Shown here one piece after another: positions 8,486 to 16,299 of a DNA stretch of 16,299 nt. The position numbers were made by a program, and so were the translations under genes. The notes beneath the pieces are model-generated. The model saw only the letters and a program-made list of their open reading frames with translations, made no database searches and had not been told where the DNA came from. The stretch comes from Prasinococcaceae sp. CCMP 1430 (lineage: Eukaryota > Plantae > Prasinodermophyta), in the NCBI GenBank assembly GCA_013416795.1, contig RQSC01001337.1, forward strand, positions 97,631-113,929, read 5' to 3'. Every line of letters begins with the position of its first letter. The first letter of the stretch is position 1.

Positions 8486-10707
8486 ATGCCGGCCGCGCCG
8501 CCCCGTCCCGCGCGGGCGCGCAGCTACGGGGACTACGACGATTACGGCGACTACGACGACTACGCCGCGCCCAAGCCCAAGCCCAAGCCCAAGCCGAAAC
8601 CCGCGCCCAAGCCGGCGCCCAAGCCGGCGCCCACGCCAAAGGCGCGCGATGAGGGCGAGGCGTCGGGGAGCGGTGCGTGCGCGGCGCGCTGGACGACCAA
8701 GATGCGCGCAGCGGCCCCCGCGGCCAAGCGCGCGTGCGGGCGCCCGCCGAGGCGGCGCGTACCCTCCCTCTTCCCCCCTACTTGGAACCCACCCACCCCC
8801 GGCGCGCGCTGACGTCCTCTCAATGCCCTGTCCGTCCCTCGATGACGCGCGGGCGCGCGCGCAGGCCCGGCTGAGGCGCTCGCAGCCGAGCTCGAGTCGG
8901 CGTCGCTGGGCGGTAAGGGGGCGCAGGCTCAGCAGGCGCAGCGCGTGTCCGCGGCGGCCGCCGCGGCCAACGTGAGCGAGTACGCGCCGACGGCCGCCGA
9001 CCGGCGCGCCGCCGAGGCGGCCGCGGACGGAGCGTCGGGTGCGGGAGTCGAAGCGTCAATCGTTGTGCTCGGTCACGTGGACGCAGGAAAGAGCACGCTG
9101 GTGGGGCACCTGCTCGCGCAGACGGGCGCCGTGAGCGCGCGCGACGTCGACAAGCTGCGACACCATGCGTCCAAGTCGGGGCAGGGCGCGAGCGCGCTCG
9201 CCTGGATCATGGACGCCACGGAGGGCGAGCGCGGGCGCGGCGTGACCGCCGACGTGGCGATGACGCACTTCGACGCCGCGCCGGGCGTGCGATGCGCTCT
9301 GCTCGACGCGCCAGGGCACAGGGACTTCGTTCCAAACATGATCGCGGGCGCCGCGCAGGCCGACGTGGCCGTGCTGGTCGTCGACGCGAGCCCGCAGGCG
9401 TTCGAGCGGGGCTTCGAGCGAGGCGGCCAGACGCGCGAGCATGCGGCGCTCGCCCGCGCGCTGGGCGTGTCGCGATGCGTCGTGGCCGTCAATAAGATGG
9501 ACCGCGCCGGCTGGGACTGCGCGCGCTTCGACGCCATCCGGCAGCACCTCGCGCCCTACCTGGCGTCGGTGGGCTTTGGGGCCAAGGCGTGCGCGTGGGT
9601 TCCTCTGAGCGGCCTCGCGGGTGACAACCTCACCCGGCCGCCCGAAGGCGCCGAGGCAGCAGCAGCGCTCGAACGATGGTGCGTCCCTACGCGTGCACGT
9701 TTGCTCTTGCGGTGTGCGTTTGCACGCTCTGTGCACGCGCGCGACAACCGCGCGCCGTCCCCAGGAATGCTCTCGGTGTCTGACGCCAGCCGCCCCCCCA
9801 CCACCACCACCACGCTCGGCACATGTCTGTGGCCCTTACAGGAGCAGCGAGGTGGACACGCTCACGGAAGCGCTCGCGTCGGCCGCGCGTGCCGTTGCCT
9901 CGGCGCGCACGCCCGAGGATGCGCTCCTGCCGCTGCGATTGCCGGTGGCAGCTGCCGTGGACAAGAATGAAAGCCGCGATATTGGCACGGGCTGCGCCGG
10001 CAAAGTCGCCGCTGGGGCGGTGGCGCCGGGCCAGAAGGTGCGGACGCCCGCTCGGCGCGCGCACGCAAGACGCACCACGCGCGCGCCGCCCGCGCGCGCT
10101 CTGACAAGGCGCGCGCTCTTTCCCCGGCATGCCCGCCTGCCCTGCTGCTTTCCTGCCTGCCTTACATGCGCGTCGTGTGAAGGTTGTGGTGCTTCCTGGC
10201 GGCGTGGATGCCGTGGTCAAGGTGGTGCGACGGTGCGGCGCCGCCGCGCCCGCTGCGGCGGCGGGCCAGTCTGCCGAGATTGGTCTTTCTCCGGCCGGCG
10301 GCGCAGACGCGGCAGCGCTCGGGGCGGCGCTCCGACGCGGCGCGGTCGTCTGTGCGGGCGCGGCGCCGGCACCGGCGGCTGTCAGGGTCGAGTGCAGGGT
10401 GCAGACGCTCGAGCTCGCACTGCCGCTGCTCAAGGGCGCGAGCGCAACGCTCCACGTGGCCGTGGGCGCCGCGCCGTGCGTGGTGTCGCGGCTCGTCGCG
10501 CTGCACGACCCCTCCACGAACGAGGTCACGCGCGCGCGCCCCCGAGCGGTCGCCTCGCGCTGCGCGGCGACGATCGAGGTCGAGCTCGTCGAGGGCGAGC
10601 GCATCGTGTGCGAGGAGTACGCGCGCTGCCGCTCGCTCGGGCGGCTGTGCCTGCGCGACGGCGGTCGCACCCTCGCCGTGGGCATCGTCACCAAGGTGCT
10701 CGACTAA
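8486..10707 (+). CDS. HBS1: HBS1-like translational GTPase (eEF1A/eRF3 family), ~573 aa
   Basis: Exons are 8486-8672, 8865-9678, 9842-10037 and 10183-10707, totalling 1722 nt in frame. Introns are GTGCGT..CAG, GTGCGT..CAG and GTGCGG..AAG. Motifs are G1 GHVDAGKS, ERGRGVTADVA, G3 DAPG, GGQTREH, G4 NKMD, G5 SGL and the C-terminal LGRLCLRDGGRTLAVGIV. The YDD-rich low-complexity N-terminus, AW..D...ER.RGVT.DV and GQTREHA.L.R.LGV favour HBS1 over eEF1A or eRF3. Confidence 0.88.
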
Positions 10708-11014
10708 GAACCCGTCCGCGCGGCTCTGCATATGCAGTGCAGTATTTAAACCCTAAACCCTTATTATCGGATAAGGCCATATCAGATCGCATGCGCGGTG
10801 CGCGTACGCGTGCGGCGGGAAGGCGCGTTCGAAAGCGCATGCGAATGCGAATGCGCGAAACGGGCACGCGCGCGCAAGTGGGGCGTTGGTGGTGGTGGTG
10901 TGTGTGGGGAGGAGGTGGGCTGGAGGGCGGTGCGCGCGTGTCGTGTGGGCGCGCGCGCGTACGCGGGGGCACCACAGGGCGCGCGGGGCGCCGGCTGGAG
11001 AGGAGGCCGCGGGC

Positions 11015-11266
11015 GGATTCGTGATGGGCGGCGGCGCGCGCGGGCGCCTGCGGTCGATGTGGAACCCAAATATACATATGATAACATATACACTACCTTT
11101 ATGGATTCGCTCTCGGAGTCGTCATTTTTATGGGATTCCATAGAATCCATCCGTTGCAGCGACCGCGCGCGGAATGCGGAATCCGGATGACAGATCATAC
11201 GCCCAAAATCGCGCCGGTATGGATTCGCTACAATTAATTACAAAATGTTGGAATCCATGGAATCCA
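11015..11266. repeat. Cluster of eight GGATTC/GAATCC hexamers with a 12-bp direct repeat and a 9-bp tandem repeat
   Basis: GGATTC at 11015, 11103, 11133 and 11221. GAATCC at 11143, 11179, 11251 and 11260. TATGGATTCGCT at 11100 and 11218. TGGAATCCA occurs twice at 11249-11266. Confidence 0.85.
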
Positions 11267-11665
11267 CTTTGCGGGGCGGATGGTGGGTGGGGTGGTTGCT
11301 GCTGCTGCACCGGCGACGGGACGGCGTCCCAGGACGCTGGCGACTGGCGAGGGCGGTGACTGCCGCCAGCTGGCGCTGCTGGCGGGATGACCCCGGGTCG
11401 GACCCGCTGAGGACCCGCACGCCGGTCCACGCCCCGGTCTTGAGGCAGGGGCCGCCCTGGTCGAGCTGTGGATCCGTCCGGGGTTCTTCGTGGCTTTCCC
11501 CTTCTTGACACGCGCACCAACCGTCACGCGCAGCAGCACCTCCCACGCGCAGGTCAAAACACACGCATCAGAAACCAATACCAAATGTGAGTCTCCCGTG
11601 GTTATTGTTCAACTCGCGGCGATATCAAAAGGTTCGGGTGGTGCGTTACCGCGCGCGCCTGATGA

Positions 11666-12700
11666 AGGGAGGAGCAGCGCTCGGCGGCGGGCGGGACCGG
11701 CACGCGAACGCGCGCATGGCGCAGGGGGGGTGGGGGCCGAGAGGCGTGGAGAGGGGGGACGCGACAAGCAGGCGGCCAGGGTGGCGGCGCGTGGCGGCGC
11801 GCGGGCGGCGCGGACGCCAAGGAAAACGCGAGGCCGCGCGACCCGCAGCAGCAGGGGCAGGGGCAGGGGCAGGCGACCTACAGGCCGCAGAAGGGTGAGC
11901 GTCGCGGCCGCGAGGGCCGCGGTCCCTCTCGCCAGGAACGCAAGGGCGGGCGCGGCGCCGGCGCCGCGCCCCAGCCGCCGCGCCCGGGGCTGCGCGTGCG
12001 CCCTCCTTCACAGAAGAGGAACACCGTGCAGTTCACCCCCACGCACGCGCGGCCCGACGTGCGCGTCGTGTGCGGCGATGCGTCCGCTCGCACGTACGGC
12101 ACCCGTCCCACGCCGTGGGACGTCGTGCTCGTGCCAGGCTTCGCCGCGGCGCGCGACGACCTCAGCGTGTACGAGAAGCTCCTCGCCGAAATCGAAGGCA
12201 CGGGCCGCGATGACATTTTCTGCCTGTGGCACGGCGACTCGCACTACATCGCCAACGACCGCAAGGGCTGGAAGAACAACGGCTCGTGCCCAACCTTCGA
12301 CGCGCTCATCAAGCGCATCGAGGTGTACTTTGGCATGACCGTCAACGCCACGCGGCTGAACTGGTACCGGGACGACTCGGAGTGGAAGCCTTTCCACTTT
12401 GACAGAGCGGCCTTCACACCCGGATGCCCGCAGAACTTCACAGTGGGCATCAGCATCGGTCCCTCAACTCGTGACATCGCCTTTGAGCACGCCGAGAAGG
12501 GCGCCGAGCGCGGCATTGGCGGCGTCACGGTGTCCGTCCCGCAGCCGAACGGATCGATGTACGCCTTCTCGGAATACGTCAACATCGAGTGGCGGCACGG
12601 CGTGCCGCAGGCGCCAGCGCACGCCCGCTCGGACAAGGAAGGCCGAATCTCGATCATCGCATGGGGCCAGGTGGAGCTCGACAGGCGCGGCGACGAGTGA
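11666..12700 (+). CDS. AlkB-like 2OG-Fe(II) dioxygenase with Gly/Arg/Gln-rich N-terminus (5' end uncertain)
   Basis: The frame is open from 11666 to TGA at 12698-12700. It contains NATRLNWY, HFD (His codon 12395, HxD), distal WRHGV (His 12596) and RISIIAWG (Arg 12644), consistent with the DSBH Fe/2OG ligands. There is no in-frame ATG near the start (see findings). Confidence 0.82.
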   Translation, partial: REEQRSAAGGTGTRTRAWRRGGGGREAWRGGTRQAGGQGGGAWRRAGGADAKENARPRDPQQQGQGQGQATYRPQKGERRGREGRGPSRQERKGGRGAGAAPQPPRPGLRVRPPSQKRNTVQFTPTHARPDVRVVCGDASARTYGTRPTPWDVVLVPGFAAARDDLSVYEKLLAEIEGTGRDDIFCLWHGDSHYIANDRKGWKNNGSCPTFDALIKRIEVYFGMTVNATRLNWYRDDSEWKPFHFDRAAFTPGCPQNFTVGISIGPSTRDIAFEHAEKGAERGIGGVTVSVPQPNGSMYAFSEYVNIEWRHGVPQAPAHARSDKEGRISIIAWGQVELDRRGDE

Positions 12701-12822
12701 TGGGGCCCCCGTGATGCGATCGCGCGAGGCTGTGCGCGTCACTGCAATGCGTCCCACCGCGTACACACATCTGCGATATATTACACAATGCGTCCGCGCC
12801 CGCGCCAGCGAGCTCGCCTCTG

Positions 12823-13960
12823 TCACCACTCCTCGACGCGGCAGTTCGGTATGGAGAGGGGCGCGAGCCATTCGCCCTGTGCAGCGTGTGCTCTCGCCGC
12901 TGCTCCCACGGAGGCGCTCGCCCGATCAAGCCCGTCTGCAGCGCAGCTCCCGCAGAGCATCGCGGGCAGGAGCGCGGCGCAGCGCCCGCACGTGCCGTAC
13001 ACGCGCCCGGCGACAGCGGATGCGCCCGACTCGCTACCCCCTCCTCTTCGCTTCCCGCGCTTCGAGGCGGCATCACCGAAGGCCCACCACTCGCACATGC
13101 CCTCGGGTTCCACCCCCGCGCGCGCCGCCGCGCGCACAAGTTTGGCAGCGGCGCAGTCGCCAGCGCCGCCGGGTACAGCTGCTGGCGCGTACACGGCTTC
13201 GAGCGTCAGCGGGGTTCGATCGTCGCCTTCACCGAGGTCGTACGACTCTCGGATACGTGCGAGCAGCGCTGTGCTCAGAGCACGGCGCTCGGCGCGTAGG
13301 CGCTCAGCGCCGGCAGTGTCGCCTGCACCGTCCGTCGCCTCGAGGCGCTCGCTCAGTGCGCGCGTCCGCGCCATCACCGCTCGGTACTCGCTCGTGTGAT
13401 GCGTGACGCGCGCGAGCGGCGGCGCCCACCCCTCGAGGTACCAGCTGCCGAGCGCGGGCTCTGAGGAGGATGCTGTCACGCACGACGTAGCGGGGCCGGG
13501 AGGTAACTGGCCTGAGAACGCCTTCAAAGTCACCCGCTCGCCAGTCTCTGTCGCGGAGGCGGCGGGGGATGGGGCAGGGACACGTGCAGCGGGCGAAAGT
13601 GCTCGCGTCAGCACGCGACGGACCACGTAACTACGCGTGCGCGTAGAACGCGCGCAGAACGCGCGCCCACCCACCTCGGTGAGTCCCCACGAGCACGCCG
13701 AGCATTTTGCCACCGTAGCTGCCAGCCATGGTGCTGGCGCTTGCCCCTGGCACGCGCTCCACCCCCGCATCGGTGGCCGTGTCGACATCTAGCCCGCCTC
13801 GTGCGCGCACGCGTGCCATGAGGTCCGTGGCGGCGTCGAGCGCGGCCTGCGAAAGGGGTACGCCGCGCGCACCGGCACAGGACGCACACGTGCCGTCCGC
13901 GCCGTACGCGTACTCGTGCCCGAGCTCGGCGAGCCGTGGCGCGCTGCCGTCGCGCGCCAT
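12823..13960 (-). CDS. Protein resembling the N-terminal extension of long bacterial RluA-family pseudouridine synthases, without the catalytic domain (~336 aa)
   Basis: Exons are 13960-13675 and 13547-12823 (1011 nt). The phase-1 intron 13674-13548 is GTGGGT...CTGAC...CAG. Splicing gives GGKMLGVLVGTHRETGERVTLKAFSGQL...EGWAPPL, then RRALSTALL, PGGAGDCAAAKL, MCEWWAFG and VYGTCGRCAALLPAMLCG. These match, in order, the motifs I recall from long RluA proteins (GKMFGVL, LKAFSG, GWVPP, GAGECAAPKL, EFWWG, YPAC..KC..IL..ML.G). Confidence 0.72.
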
Positions 13961-14147
13961 CGTCCCAGTCGCAGGGCGGCGAGCCCAGCTGCGTGGCCTC
14001 GCGCCGCGCGTCGGTCACCGGGCGGCCGACGAAGGAAGGGAATGGGGCGGGGGGTGCGGGGAGGGGAAGGGAAGGGAGGGTGCGCCCCGCCCGCGCGCAC
14101 TGGCGCGGTACACACCTCCGCATCCACGCTCAGCACCGCAGGACAAT

Positions 14148-14219
14148 CAAAACAAAAACAAAAACAAAAACAAAAACAAAAACAAAAACAAAAATAAAAT
14201 CAAAATCAAAATCAAAATC
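14148..14219 (+). repeat. Composite hexamer microsatellite (CAAAAA)7-TAAAAT-(CAAAAT)3, copy 2
   Basis: Read directly. It has the same two units in the same order as 2724-2762. Confidence 0.92.
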
Positions 14220-15546
14220 AGAACCTGCCGTGCAACGCGGAGCATCATCGGCAGGGGGTTTGGCCTGCCTGTCGTACCGCGTGCGCCGTGTGATACCCAA
14301 CGCTTTTCCCGGCATCTTCGAGCCTCGCCAATGCGTTTTGATGGAGGGTTCGCGTTCGCCGCGCCCCGGCACGCGGTGTCGTACGCCGGCGGCGCTTTTT
14401 ACCTTTTGCGCTTCCGTTTTCGGCGTGCGCGCCCGCGCGTCGCGGGGCGGGCGGGTGTGCGTTCTGATTGGGGAATTCGCCGCGACGGGTGCGGCGGATT
14501 TCCGCGAGGTCGCGCGGCGTCGCGCGGGCGGGCCACAGCGCGCGCGCAGCGCGCGCGGGGAGGGATCGAGAGGAAGAGGGAGCCGAGGTCGGGCTCAGCG
14601 CGCGCGCGCGCGCGCAGGCGCAGCGCGCAGCGCGCGGCGCGCGAACGCTCTCTGTGGCGAGGCCCGCCACGCCGCCGCGCCGCCTCCCTGTGCCCCCCTG
14701 TGCCCCCTCAAGCCGTGCCACACACTGTGCTCTCGCGCCGCGCCGGCCAGCGGGCATGGCAGTGCGCCACCCACCCGATCCGCTTCCGTCTCCACCCCGT
14801 TTCCTATGATTTCTCCGGTGTGATAATACGAAATCAAATCCGTCGTTCCTGTGTGTCTTCTAATATGGATAAATTTGTTAATTACTGTGCCTGAAGGCGC
14901 GCGAACAACGATTTCAAAATGTACACATCCGTTGGTTGTCGCAAACCCCAGCCAGCGCCCACAGCCGCCGCACGCGCGCGCGCGCGCGTGGGGGCGCACG
15001 CGTGGGCGGGCGAGCGCAGCGCCAGAGGGCGCGCAAGGGGCTGCTCCCAGGCTGTGGGGGCGGGGATGGGCGAGGAGGGGCGCGAAGGGGCGCGTAGGGA
15101 CGCCCCGACGAGGGCAGGGGGCGGTGTTGGCGCCGCCGGGGGCGAGGCGCGCGCGCATTCGTGGGCGGCGGCTCGGGCGAGGTGCGTGGGGGCGAAGGGC
15201 GGCCGCCGCGGCTTTCGCGCGTGGGCGGGCACGGAGTGGGCATAGGGCGGTGGCTGCGGGACCTCCCCCCCCCCCCGGGCCGGCATCCCGTGCGCACCGC
15301 ACGCGCTTGGCGCGGCGCAGCGGCTGAGCCTCGCGTGCGCCGCGTGGTGCACACCTCCGGTTGATGATCCATCTACAATCCAACGCTGAGCAACACATGC
15401 TGAGACACAAACTTGAGCTTTTTAACCCTGACGGAGCGAGCGCGACGTTCGCACGCATGAGACAGGCTCGTGCCCCTCCTGGCGCTGACACCGGCTGACG
15501 CGCCTTCTTGGTCCCGCATGTGCGTGCGTTTGCCCTCTTGTGCGTC

Positions 15547-15879
15547 TCACGCGTGACACGCCTGCAGGATGCGAATGCGCACGCGCACACAGACCACCAG
15601 GACCGACCGTGCGCCGTGGCACCACATTGGCACCCGGGACACGTCTGCGCCCGGCGCCCGTTGCAGCTCGCGATAGGAGGTGCGGGCCGCGCGACCGCAC
15701 AGCGCGCCCCCTCCCGCGCGCGCGATGCCGTCCGCGAGGCTCTTCTTCAGTTGGTCGCGAATGGCTCTCTCCCATAGCCGCGTGTACCCGTTCCCGAGGA
15801 GCAACAGCGAACCCCGCGCGTCGCGAGGGAGGATCAACCCTCCGCGGCGCGTGCCGTGACCCGCTATCTCGTGCCGCTC
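15547..15879 (-). CDS. Possible coding fragment of an unidentified gene
   Basis: The stop-free stretch includes the protein-like segment LILPRDARGSLLLLGNGYTRLWERAIRDQLKKSLADGIAR. There is no ATG near its start, no recognisable motif and no convincing splice model. Confidence 0.2.
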   Translation of the reverse strand, partial: ERHEIAGHGTRRGGLILPRDARGSLLLLGNGYTRLWERAIRDQLKKSLADGIARAGGGALCGRAARTSYRELQRAPGADVSRVPMWCHGARSVLVVCVRVRIRILQACHA

Positions 15880-16299
15880 TCACCCACAGCGGATGCGGGA
15901 CGAAGGTCGCGGCACAGCTCAACGCGCGCCTCGCACCAGCGCGCCGAGCGTCGCAGCGGGGCTCACACGTGAGCGCGGACGTATCTGACGCCTCTCGCGC
16001 CACACGCGAAGACAGGATGAGTGCCGCGAACGCCGCCAATCCTGGCGTCCGGCCACGCACGCGAGTGCGACAACGACGGCGTTTGTCAACGCCTCCAGCC
16101 CACAGAACACACACACCCCACGCCGTCGGGAAAGGCACCAAGCAGCGTGCTTGAGCGGAAGGATGGGAGAGCTTGGTCTTGGTTAGGTGAGGGTGAGTAA
16201 TATTTAGGGTAAATGTATAAACCCTTGTCTCCCGAAGCCCTCGCCGGCGTGCGTCGCCAGGCTGGCGGCCGACTCGCCGGCGCCCGCCGCCGCGCTGGC

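Noticed and set aside
5247-9841. Two introns of exactly 163 nt (5247-5409 and 9679-9841) as possible introner elements
   Set aside because: Their sequences share no similarity beyond the splice signals, so the equal length is probably coincidence.
11234-11584. Short ORFs on both strands upstream of the AlkB-like gene
   Set aside because: No homology recognised and no consistent splice or start signals.
14806-14897. AT-rich island with GTGATAA (14820) and CTGA (14891) at C/D-snoRNA-like spacing
   Set aside because: Box C is imperfect, the terminal stem is 3 bp at most, and I could not recognise an rRNA-complementary guide. An Infernal or snoscan run would settle it.
15508-15777. HAHTDH resembling the metallo-beta-lactamase HxHxDH motif, followed by HPGH
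   Set aside because: The motifs are only about 13 aa apart, far too close for the MBL fold, and the ORF is just 89 aa with no other support.
1-16299. CRISPR array, tRNA, rRNA, snRNA or transposase/reverse-transcriptase genes
   Set aside because: No regularly spaced repeat-spacer array, no cloverleaf or snRNA signature, and no DDE or RT motifs were seen.

Overview
Very GC-rich, CpG-rich eukaryotic nuclear DNA with spliceosomal introns. It is probably from a unicellular alga; the lineage cannot be fixed from sequence alone. There are two assembly gaps (940-1547 and 2989-3730). Five spliced genes can be reconstructed by hand. (1) The last exon of ribosomal protein eL42/RPL36A (+). (2) A ~1178-aa EDM2-like protein (-, 3 exons) with an RFD-like region, a PHD-finger cluster and a C-terminal N6-adenine-methyltransferase-like domain carrying DHSCGSN and NPPF. 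(3) An HBS1-like translational GTPase (+, 4 exons) whose start lies 182 bp head-to-head from gene 2. (4) An AlkB-like 2OG-Fe(II) dioxygenase (+). (5) A ~336-aa protein (-, 2 exons) resembling only the N-terminal extension of long bacterial RluA pseudouridine synthases, with no catalytic domain. All five products relate to RNA, translation or chromatin. The intergenic AT-rich patches hold telomere-like motifs, a 17-bp inverted repeat, a dense GGATTC/GAATCC cluster and two copies of a composite (CAAAAA)n(CAAAAT)n microsatellite. Family assignments come from remembered motifs, not database searches.
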